NCBI GenBank assembly: GCA_002633005.1
Contig: NMRA01000196.1
Coordinates: 269,632-333,631 of the forward strand
Reading direction: 5' to 3'
Source: Phoronis australis
Taxonomy: Eukaryota; Animalia; Phoronida
Length of the DNA: 64,000 bases
The position numbers and the translations under genes are program-made. This document shows positions 1 through 12,400 of this stretch, one piece after another. Under the pieces are notes generated by a model. The model saw only the letters and a program-made list of their open reading frames with translations. It did not search any database and was not told the DNA's origin. Positions within the stretch are counted from its first letter, which is position 1, and the number at the start of each line of letters is the position of its first letter.

Positions 1-3000
1 TGATAGTAGAACTAGAAGTTCACACCTTTACATTTTACTCACGTACAGTATTTCATTGAAAAACAATCTAAAAGTTTTGTTTTGCTATAAGATAGTGGCA
101 GTCGTTCGTTCAATAACGTTATTACCCTGTACCACCGAACATCCATGCTTCAAAGTCACAAATCAATTGCATGTATAATATATAGCCTAGTACGTGATTC
201 AAAAGTAGTTCCCTGTGTTTTAATTCTTTCGAGATTCGCGGACCTGTAAACTCAACTTACTAACTCAAAAAGACTACGCGCACTCATTAAACACCGTCTA
301 CGTAGCCCAAATCATGGCTTATTGTCTCATTACTGAAAATGAAGTGCTTCCCTCTGTGAAGAGTAGCTTTATGTCCGTAAGCAGCGTTTTTTGAGTGCTG
401 AGAGGTGTTAGAGTTTAAAGGTCCACGAGCCGTGTTCATGAATGCGTGAATGTGTCGTTCGTGTAGTCTGATTCTGCCTCAATTTCGCACGAACGCCATG
501 GTGAGGTCACTTAATCGGGTTAAGTGAATTTTCAATCGTAGGCTGTTTCATTATACATCGGTGTAGACTGAATATTTATAATTCCTAATGGTCCACATCA
601 ATGAAAAAAATCTGACGTCCGAGCCTTAGTCTCCGCACCTACCCTCTCTCAGTATACGAAGTCATACACCTCAGTCACTGGATTAACGCCTCACGCTGCG
701 TGAACCCCATAGCGCCTTTCATGGGGTGGCCAGTCGAGGCGGGCTATAAGTCCAAGACACCTTTGCACATACATGAACATTGGGATTTCCACAGAACCCA
801 AAATTGTCAATTGCAGTTGGCTACACTTCGTAGGACATTTGATCATTTACTGGACGCACCTGTACATGCATGATCAACGATGTTTCTGTCACCTGCCTTA
901 GGAAAAACTAAATGAGTTATTTAGCGAGCTAGTCGAAGACATTTTACATGCCAATGATCACACGGCAGCGGCACTAAACTTTCCACTCGTGGATTTTTTT
1001 TTCGATCAACTTTGGTAAATGCACAAATATGTATTCCCTGAACGTCATACTTTCGTATCAAACGGTATATCCTCCGAGGGTTTCGTGTTAGAATTCACCA
1101 GTTTGTCTCGAGCTGAGTTATTCTGAAATGCAAGACAGACTGTTATCACCAAGGTAACGATGAGGGTAATTCACAGCCATTAGTCTGCTCGGGAATGTGT
1201 CTAGGAAATGTTAAAATGCATGTTTTAGATGAGCGAGAAAATTATCGGTCGTTTTGTCTGTCGTTCACCAGAAACTTTGTAGGGCTGACGCTATTGCATG
1301 TCCATATTGTCAACATGTGTAAATGGGAGAATGATACATGTATATGAAAAATGGCACTTGAATCGATCTACATTGATGGAGTTACCAGGCTTCAACGTTA
1401 ATCCCCTGCTAAATAGGACCTACTCTCTAAGTGTCTACTGTGCACTACGAGTAAGTACTTTGCATGCAAGCGATTGGTTAATTAGTCGAACAGCTAATAT
1501 GCTGGTATACCTACTGGTCAGTTAATGATTTATCGAATAGGGACATTTCTCGCAAAATGTGACTACAGAGCTTAAAAAGGACTTTAATTGTCAATCATCA
1601 TGACGTCACAGCACCGTTTAGCTGTGGTAAATTCCCACAAGACATCCGACTAGAGTCAACTTTCATCACACGTAGACGAAAACGTTCATGTAATTCAGCT
1701 AGGACTAAGTTTTATTAAAGACAGCAGGCTTATATCAAGAACCAGGGACTCGTTGTAGATGCTACTGAAAGCTAAAGAGATTGCATGCCTCGCTAATGTA
1801 AAAGATAGGGGCCTTTTCATTCAAACTGTAGTCCACTGAATGCTACTGATGTCAGGTTTCTTGAAAGATGTCAGTTTTAAATCTATGTATGTGCAGCTTA
1901 ATTACAACATAAACTCAACTTCTAAGAATAAGCGTGTTGTTGTAATTTACGTTTCCAAAAACAATGTCACAGCGAGAAGATCAGCCACAGTTTTCGAAAG
2001 TAAAACGCCAGAGTAAGCCCTAAAAACGGCATGCCGAGGACGTTTTTTCGACCATTTTCTCTTTAGTCGTGTAGTCGTTCTGTGGGGGTCCCAGTCCCTC
2101 TAAATCCCCCTACAGCCCCATAGATTGGTTTTACTATCAAATGCAAAATTTATTCATGTCAATGACATTCGATTCAGTTTTGAAACCTCGCAGAAAATAA
2201 GAGCATGTCAGAAGGTCTTACGCCGGTCGAAGAAGTAAGAGCGTATGCCGAAGAGTAACAAATGTTGCATAGAAGTGAGAAATAAATTAACACTAACCAG
2301 TCCTTAGACAATACATATGTAGTAAAAAAACGGCGTGAAGAATAGTTAGCAAGATGCAAGATTCATTCGGATCACATGCAATAAGAAAACTGTCTTCATC
2401 TGTTTGTTCGCTAGCCTAGTAGGACTGAGTTTAGTGCGACTCCCAAATGCCAATGGGCCGAGACTAGGTGTATTCAGTGTAACAAAATAACTCAAGGCGA
2501 TATAGGACCTCATCGACACGTCAGCGTATTTAGCCAATTATCTAAGATTTCAACTCAGTAAATGGATGTCATTTTTGAAAGCAGAAAGCCTGTAGAATTT
2601 GATTGTTAAGTTCTTTCCAATCTGCCATTAATTGGGTCACGTGATCGTGTTTTTTAATAAAAACTAGAAAATAGAAGCTAAATTGACAGCAAAACAACGG
2701 TATCAACAACATGATGAAATGTCACTTGGTGTGTTATAATTCCATTTCATTTGACATAAATGTTCAAGATAAAATCTCAAAAAGGATGCCACTGTTTTCA
2801 AAAATGTCATTTTTCGTTTTTTTGCAACTGTTGAGTCTTGTTTTCGATAGCTCCTCGTGTGAAAATGGAACGTATTAAAAACAATTCATAAGCACTGCAT
2901 ACAGTGAACGTTTCATATAAAGCCATTTCTGAGATATGGTACTCCGAGGATATCCATAGTTGGACATTTTTCGAGGGTCCTACATAACCTTGAAATTATG

Positions 3001-3153
3001 TCTGCATGAAGATACTTTTTGGTGTTTGCTTAGGAAATGAAAAAACGAATCTGGAAAGGAACTCGCATGTGAACGTGCTTTATTTGTCTTTAACTTGAAT
3101 GAATGTGATCCGAATGGAGGAGGAAGACAGGTGCCTACCTACAGGATCTATAC

Positions 3154-3432
3154 TCATACGAAAGAGGCATCAGAAGGAGAGTTACAGTTCGTGCTCGTCG
3201 GTAGGTGCCACTGGGTGTCTGTGAGTTCTATGCCGTTCTGCGTAGTAACGGTAGAGGAACCTCTCTGGCTACGAGCCGCGTGCACTTTGCGACCGAACGC
3301 GAGAAAAAGAAGTACCTCAGTCTGAGACAGGAAGAAGGAGGACGTGTGAGAGGTGCGACGTCTGCTGTTTTGCTGCTCGTTGAGTCTCTGCATCTTGTAA
3401 CGCTGCCATTTCTTCTGACAAGCCGTCCGAAC
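3154..3432 (-). CDS. GPCR exon 10 (helix 8 and C-terminal tail, stop)
   Basis: ttgttcag| VRTACQKKWQRYKMQRLNEQQNSRRRTSHTSSFFLSQTEV...SPSDASFV*; Ser/Thr-rich tail. Confidence 0.88.
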   Translation of the reverse strand, partial: VRTACQKKWQRYKMQRLNEQQNSRRRTSHTSSFFLSQTEVLLFLAFGRKVHAARSQRGSSTVTTQNGIELTDTQWHLPTSTNCNSPSDASFV

Positions 3433-6400
3433 CTGAACAAGTTAAGCGCACACGTAAGTAAATCATTGCAAGCCTACATTTAACGTCTCACGTACAACAA
3501 GATTGCTGTTAAAACATTTTAAAAAACACATTAGACCAGTTATCTTTTCTTTAGGGGAATACTTTGACAAGGTACTAGACTGAGACTGTGGAGGTCCGTG
3601 AAGACCTGAGCAACTGTATCCAGAGCATTGAATTGAACACGAAATTAAAGATATACCAGATACAGGATTTCAACGACCATTCGATACATTATGCTTCAAA
3701 TTGTCACTGTAATATTTCGAACAAAAAGAAGCCAATGCTTACATGCATATTATTTTTATGCAATTTTCAAACTTCCGAGACCTACTTTTCTAGCTCCGTT
3801 GCACTTACCTCTCCGTTCAGGAAACAGTAAATGACGGAAACAAATATCCCCTGTAAACTTTGCATTAAGGCGTTAGTCACGCGGTATGTGTACGCAGTCA
3901 CGTGCTCGTCTGTTGGTTTGTAGAAGAATAAAAAATTCGTGATACCTGTACAGAGACAAAAAGCAGTTGTAGACAGAAACGGCTTGAATTCTCTTTTCTG
4001 TATGAGTTATCCACCAAGCAAGCATGACATATCCATAAACATCATTGACTAACATGAAAGTACAGTTATGTGTACATGTACGTAATCTGAGAGTACTGGG
4101 TTGGTACGTGCACGGGTGTACAACAGTCAGCCAAGAAACGTTGAGGTCGTTCGGTAATTAAACAGGTAAAGTAAAATTTAGCCTCTTTTCATGTCCTACC
4201 TTTAAAAAAGTGCATGATTCAAGTTATTTCGTTTGGTACCTGACACAATAATTTTAATGTCGTACGAACACAAGGAGAACGCGCTGATAATGAAAATTGG
4301 AAATCTAAAATATTTATTTGTACACTGTATCTACCTATCTTGGAGCAGTGACTGTAGGGCGAGAGGACATAAAACTATTTAAACACTGCTTAATTTACTT
4401 ATATGTAGTCATGAAATCACCATGTGACACCATAGTTCGGCACGAGAAGGTGTACCTTTTTGTACACGTATAAATATCGCTAGCTTTGCATAAAAATCTA
4501 GATCTAATTTTAAAAACAGTCTCGTTTGTCTGCTCACCCAACAGCGGTACCAAAACAGCGATGGCTCGGATCGCCTTGCTGCTCTGACCAGCCTCGACGT
4601 TGTTTCTTGCAGTCAGTTTCCCGACCAGGATACTTATTATTATGACTAGAAAGCAGAGGTTCACCTGAAACAGAATGAAGAAGATGGTGCATTGAGCACA
4701 AACTTGATATTGTGTTTAGTGCAGGAATCACTTACTGTCTCTACCATGCATTAGTTTGATGAAGATGTACTCAAAAATATTTCCGGAAATCTTGAATAGT
4801 TCAATGACAAAGCAGCCGGACACATTTCAAGAAACATTTCCCTTCGTTCCCACTAGTTTGCAGCACATTTCAATTGAAGTTTGATTAAACAGTAGACTGA
4901 TTACGCAAATTTATGCCTGGTAAGAACATCATTTCACTCATTGTCGGATTGCAGAAAGTAAAAATTTACGACACTGGACTTCGGAGGTCATTTTGCTGGT
5001 GTCACCAGCCAGAAATCTGAAAATTCAAAAATCCGATTTTAATTTCATGCATTTTGAAAAAAAATGTTCTGTTAAAACACCGACATTTGGGAATAAGTCT
5101 TGACTATTAAAACTAATTTGAGATCAAGCTCATTTCACAAAGTTTTGAAGTGCTTAAAACCACCAAATTCATGTCAAAAGGACCCGCAAGTCGAGCAGCT
5201 GTAAAACTACAACAGCCACAAACACTATATGACGAAACATTAGTTAGCTGATCTCGAGTTACGAGTTGGTCGATTCATATTTCGTAGAATCGGGATAACC
5301 TATCACAGCGTAAGCATCCTCCAATGTGTTCAGTGAGAAAACTCGTCAAATATTGCTGCTCGTTTTCTTATGGTGTATTGGTATAAATGCGGGATGTTGC
5401 GTTTGCGGTGATTCTGACAACTCAGTATTTGAGCGCTTTGTGCCTCGTTTCACTTTCCTGCGAGACGTTAGAGATGCGCTGATATGTTACAAGTTTGTAC
5501 AAGAAACCCGCGTTATAGGGACAAAGCAGTGGAACAAGGTATGCTGGCGGGATCACTTTACTTTCTTAATCAGTTTGAAGAATCTTCCTTACCCGCTTCA
5601 GTCTGGGGTTCCAGATGATGTACACTGTAAGCATGTATTCTAGAATGTGTGACAGAAAGTGTGATAAAGGTATACAAAATAATATTCATCTAAATGTTGA
5701 CCCGATGCTTTCTTTGGAGCTCCGATATGGCAATTTCCTTGATGCACTGTAAGTCTGTCTGAATCGTTATCGAACGGCTTCCAAAACTACCAAATCTACT
5801 CAAAAAGAATGTTATATCGATGTGGGGTCAGGGGTTTTAGCTTTGTGTGTCTTACTACCAGACGTCAAAGTGAGTTTTAGATGTCAGGTGCGGTTGAATA
5901 GACAGGACCCAATACCCTGCAACAGATCGATGTTTGAGCTGAAGTTTCGGAAATGCGAGTCATACTGTAAGTAGTGATTTAATGGGTATTGTAAACTGCT
6001 AATGGTCTTGGAAGGGAAATTGGTTATCGGTGAGCTTCAGGGATTTATGATACATGTACTTACATCGCAATAGTCGTCAAGCATGTACTCAGAACCAAGC
6101 ACTCATTGAACAGTTGGGTGATTCAGATTTGATCATGGTTGTCATGACACACTGGAGTTGTTTTTGTTTTGTTTGTTGCTTGGCTAAGAAGCGTCCTAAT
6201 TCGTACCATTTATCTTAGATCTAGCTATGGTAGGGTTACCACTTCTTTCTTCACATTTAGTCATACACTACTTGGTAATACTACTATGACTATCACTTTT
6301 TCTGGTTGGTCGATTAGCTGAGTACATTCATGCGTCACACTCATGTCGAGGAAGTGAAGTAACGAAACTCAATTACGTAAAAATGTAATGTTGCTCACAC

Positions 6401-9400
6401 TGTAGTCACTTGTCAAAACAAAGTAGCCTAAATGACGGTCTTAAGAACTAAATTAGCTAAACATGACATATATGTGTATAAGACGTGCGGACAAATCTTG
6501 TACTATACGTAGCTTTGGTCAAGTGAAGGCAGTCAGACAGTCACTGCCCGTGCTGACTTACCGCCAGGGCAGCTGCTATAGGGGCAGCGATGATCCACGT
6601 GTACGGAGACTCGGACCAGTCTTGCCAACAATCAGCTACAAAGTCACCGGGTCGCTCACTATCGTGGTAAAAGTGCATACACAAAGCCCACGTGAGTGTG
6701 AACGGAAGGGGGCCAACTGGAAAATTAGAGGAACTGTTAAGAATGTCTACCAATGGGCACGGGGATAATATTGTTAACATGAAGTTTACGAAAAGCATTC
6801 CAAATTGTTCACGATTGCTTTGGCAAGTCTGCTAAGTGGAGTCCGACACAGTAGGCTTAATGGAAAGCATGTGTTTAAGCGGATACGTTTCGTAAAATCA
6901 GAGAATTACGTGTAAATAGGCGATCCTTTACAAACCAGTAGGAACTCTTAGTCACGGTTGAATTTAAGTACTCCAATTTCACTAAAATGGAGACTGTTTG
7001 CTGGGATGGGCATTTTGGTTTTGTACTTCGGGAGAAGACAATACATGTAATTTGCTGATTTTCTATGTTCTCATTGAAAGAACGATCGTTGTTAGACATT
7101 TTGACTCATATTTTGCTCAGTCGTGGCTTTTCATAAACACTTACATAAGCAAGTGCTTTACGATCAATGGAAATGTGAAACGTAATTTATGCGTTGATGC
7201 ATTTTTATGCATTACAATGTTGAAAATATTATCCTCCGATTCGCCAATAGGAAGCGCTAATCGATCACACTTTCCTTGTTCCTTGTGTTAGCAGCGATGA
7301 CTGCTTTAAATGGTTGCTGATATCTACAAGCGTGGTTCTATCTCAACTCCAGGAGCTTAAGGGCCCGTGTGTGCAACCGTTTTGAAGAAAGTGATACATT
7401 TAGTCCATAAGACCATTTTGAGGTGATTATTTATTCGATCCTGATTTAGGGAAAGTATCTCGTTAAGCGTTATTTGCATGCAAAATTAGGTCATTATGAG
7501 ATCTTTAGTAGCATGAATTGCGTGTAAGCTCACGTGTATCTCAAGGATTGCTTAACAGAATCTGGACGTTTATCTCTTGTTTCCTGTGTACAGTAAGTCA
7601 ATGTACTCAATTTTTGAGACTTACATGTACATGTACAAGGTAGTTCAAGGTCAAAGCCACGTGAAAATATCTTAATCACTGGCTTTTCAGTCAAATTAGG
7701 GCAAATGTGTACAAGCCTTTATTAGAAATCGCTACTCTTTGTTCAAATGGCCAGATGTTAATTTGACCTGAGTGATTCTCTGATTTACAGTGTACATGAA
7801 TAATTAGGTCCTAATTAGCACAGATTCTAACACGAAATAGTGCACTGTCGTGTGGGAAAGGTAGTTCTATAGAAGAGTTACGTTTTGCTCATGTAAAAAT
7901 ACCCGTGCAATATAACGATATCGAAGCCAAGTCCTGTAACTATATTGCGCCAGTCACAACTGAAAAGCCAACTCGTATGACTGCTACACGACTATCGTAT
8001 GACCAACAAGCGAGACTAAACCATGTGCAGCCTGGTGTCAATATCTTCAAAATAACGTAATCGATTGAGTCAAAGCTTCATATGATTAGCAAGGAGATCG
8101 GCTGAGCAACTGCCATAAGCATACCCGACTGACACGCGAACGTTGAAAGATAATTAGAGCCGCTGCATTGACCTATGGGCGATAACAGTTCTCAAACGGG
8201 TGCGTTTAATGTAACACAATCGAATTACTGTCGCAGAGATTTTCCGTGAATTTAGGGATCCCACATGACAAAATGGACGCATGTAACTGTGAATCGCAAC
8301 ACATGACGTCATCGGAGCAATTCAAGCAGGGGCGAATGAAGGAGTTTTAATTTGGGGGTGTCAAAAGTAATTTGCGCAACTTCTTAAAGCCCTTTGAAAC
8401 GTCATGTTCTGGGATTGAACGAGGAAGTGCAAACAAGTGTATTTGATTTTCCAATAAACGTTGTCTTTTCTAAAGGCGTTTTGCTCAGTTTGGAAAGTTC
8501 CACTTACTGTAAAAGGTATCGTGAAACCCTTCTGTTTTCAGTTTTAGAACAAGAACAACGCGGAGCGTTGAAATGCGCCCACGATAGAGGGGTGGACGCA
8601 AAAACAGACTCGAAAACAGTAAAAATGGCCATTAGGTGGCGCAAACTACGTCGAATCCATCCAAAAACGGGCGTCATCTGACTAATAGGTGCCTACATAT
8701 TAAATTTCATGAAAATCCGTTAAGGACTTTTGAAGATACAGAGATAAACGTAAAAAATTAAAATTGCCACTAGGGGGCACACCGGTAGTCGGATCAGTCC
8801 AAAAGTCGTCGTCGTCCTTTGTTAACTTCATATAAATATACTTACTAAATTTCGTAAAGATCCTGCGAACGGTTAAGGAGATACAGCCATAGGCGCAAAA
8901 AAACAAAACTGCCACTAGGAGGCGCCACAGTAGTCGAAATCGTCGGAAAATCTTCGTCAACCGTCCTCTTTATAGTAAGCACATACCTGCCAATTTTCAC
9001 TATCACCCTTTGAGCGGTTTGGTTGATAGAGGAGTGGACGCAAAAAAAAACAATAAAAATCGCCCCTAGGTGGCGCAAACTACGTCGAATCCAACCGAAA
9101 ACGGGATAATAGCGTCATCTCACTAATAGGCGCCTACATACCAAATTTCATGAAAATCCGTTCAGGACTTTTGAAGATACAAAGGTAAACGTAAAAATTG
9201 CCACTAGGGGGCACACCGGTATTCGGATCCGTCCGAAAGTTCGCTCACGCCGTTCCATTCATAAAAGGAACAAATTTGATAAATTTCATAAACATATGTC
9301 AAAGGGTTTTGGAGATAGAGCAGTGGACGCCGGACGGACGCTGCCCGGACGGACGGACGGGCGGACGGACGGACGGACGGAGATGATAGCATAATGCGTC

Positions 9401-12400
9401 CACATATAAATTTGTGGCCGCATAAAAATGAAATTAATAAAGATTTAGTACCTGAAACCGGAAGTGGTGACCCACTGCCGATGATACGAAAATGTCATCT
9501 GATGCCAGTAAAGGGTGTTCTCCCGTTTTTCACCCCCGGGATTTTAAGCTCTCGTAACGGGGTGCCGTGGTCGAGACGCTAAACATACTTTCTGTGACAG
9601 GCTCACTAAATAACAATTTGCCTTTGACTCGCCAAAAAAGAATAACAGCTTTTCTATCGGCCAGACACACAGAGTATGCATTGTGCAACTTGCTCACAGT
9701 CCCAAGACAGACTCGAAGCAATTCCCGCAGGGGTCACTGTCCGACGAGCCAGAAGACTGTGTGAGAAGTAGCCGAGTGTTTTAAGCGTATTTGACTGGTC
9801 AGGTCACAGGCCTCGATATCATTTTACCAAATGGTTTGAAGCCAACGCCGGGAATCGGTGAATTAAAATCACAGACGATAACTGATTTAGCTGTCTTAAA
9901 GCTCTGGGGTCCGTTACAAGAAGGTGATATAAGATTTGAGGCAGAAGTTTGGTCATGCACTTTCACTTCACAAATGGTTAAAAAAGGTTGAGGGCATCAC
10001 AGTCTGGGGAATGATTTAAAGAAATTGTCTCAGTAATGCATTTATTCTCAGAGACTGCAGTTTTGCTCGAGTGAGTTTTGTTTATTTTTCAGAAATAGTT
10101 ATGTGGAACGTCCCACCAAATTTCTGTCTTAAACCTTACGTCGCTTTTCATGAAACAGACCCCTGTTGGCAGCCTATCCTATTTACCAATAACCCCAAAA
10201 TACAATGTCCCTTTAAAGTCCATCTTTAAAAACGATTGTTTTTAGTTGGTTCTTGCTTTCGCGTGGATTCATTGATTGATTAACTAGTGTGGAGTGTTGT
10301 ACTTACAGGTGCGATTTTTTTGCAATTTAGAATTGATAGGTTCTAAACTTCCCAGAGCAAATTGACTGAAAATGATGTTGTAGTTAAGCTGAGATTCCAA
10401 AACTAAACTCACCCAGGAGTAGACTAACTCGCTTTATGGAAGAAGTCGTCACCGGTCGATATTGTTTAAAATGGAAATTATATGCATGTGTACTCGCTTT
10501 TCTTACAATTGCTCAATGTGATGCCTTGCTTAAACTATGCCACAATATTTTCAAAACTGCCGACGTTCCAGAAGGTTGATATTACTAGCTTCCACTGTAC
10601 AATATTTTTATATAAAGCGGGATTACAACCTTGGTTCCCCTTGTATATTATATTTATGGAATGAGCACCATACCGAATGTAATTCTTATTCTTAATTGAC
10701 CGTGAGATGCATCACAATTTCTCCGCCCATAACAGGCACCGACCGTAGTAGTTCACGTGATATGTGTCAGGACTCTAGGTCCCGGCTATTACATGTACAT
10801 GTATGTGCTTACCCCATCCAATTAAGTAGAACCAAGCAAAGCGAGGCTCTTTACTCAGCGCCATTAGTATCCTTATGGTAAGGAAAAGTCCTTCCACAAA
10901 CGTCCAGAAGATGATTGCGATCATGGTGTAATTCTGTAGAGCTGTCAACAGCTTACAAAGCCACTCCTGAAGGGACAGTCAAATACGAACTAATTAACTT
11001 CGGTGACACCTGACTGTACCATGAATTGTAACAGTACGGATGAAAAAGTGGGTTTCTGTAGCATTAATTAGAAACAATAGAGCGACCCACATCAAGAGAA
11101 GAATTTCTCGCTAAACAACTCGTAAAAGAATACATACAACAAACTGATATCTTTTCCACTTCATAGAAATCGACGGAATCGTGCAATTTTGCCTTAGTTG
11201 TACATGATTTGGATCACAGAGTAATTAAAGTAAATAATGAAAAGTTGCCCAGCAACTAAGTCTTAATAAACAGTTCATCATCTACTGAGTCTTCCCTAGG
11301 GGGCACTGAGGACTCACCACATTCCTGTAGGTATATAGAAGTTCTCTCTCGCTCACGAACGGTTCAAACATGACAATTAAAATGATGAATCGAAAAATGA
11401 ATGAAAGGATCAGATGTTTATGGATGGACACCCGTGTGCACTGTAGTGATCTGAAACAAAAAACTGTAATGTAACGTCGCGGGTCTGATTACTTCCGGAA
11501 GATATTCATCCAATTTCACTGCGGTCTATTGTTTACAGACACTGGTGGAGAAAAACTAAATAACGCCAATCTACTGCTAAATTAGTACAGTACAAATGAC
11601 TCAGTGACAGTCACGTGATGGTATTGTTGCCCTCACTGAACATGCAGTGCATATAGGATGAATCCACTTGTGGTTTCAAGATGAGATTAAGAAGCAGAAT
11701 ATCCGCAAAGCAGTTGAAACCCAGTGAAATGTGAAAGCGCGAAAGCTGGTGACAAGTTATAAGACAACAAGACAAAACAAAATGCACAAAAAATCGTCAG
11801 GTTTATTTACATCGCAGAAGTCAATTAATTTATCTTCAGAATTTAGATGTACAGTGTAATCTACTGCGATTACTTTTAAGACCAGCGTATACGCGTTCTA
11901 CAGATGACATTATGTACTTAAAGTCACACGCATCCCTAGCCTGGGGCATTGTTCTAGAAGAGTCTATTGGCGTTTGTCTTTCAACTTTAGCCAAAAGGCA
12001 GAAATATAACCATTAATAGTCAAAAGTTGGTTGTAAGTCTTTTGGGTTTCTCGATACGTTTTGTCTTCTGTCTATTGGAGCAGACTGTGGAGTTCTGTCG
12101 TTTGACTACCAAATAGTACTGTAGATCTTTACTGACATTCAGACATAGCTTGATTTTCGTGAAACAATCTCAGCCATCGGTCGACTGATTGTTAGCTGAA
12201 AGCCATAAGACAGCAGACTCGTCGGGGCCCCGGGCCAACTCATAGCAAATTTCAAAGAAGAATAAATCCAAGTTAGTAGCGTTGAATCTTTCCGTTAACG
12301 CGGTGAACATTTTTTGTATAAACTGGAACACGAACTGGCTGAACAGTATTTAAAAAAACGAACACTACCACCCCAAAACGGGAAATAAAAAACAATGGAC

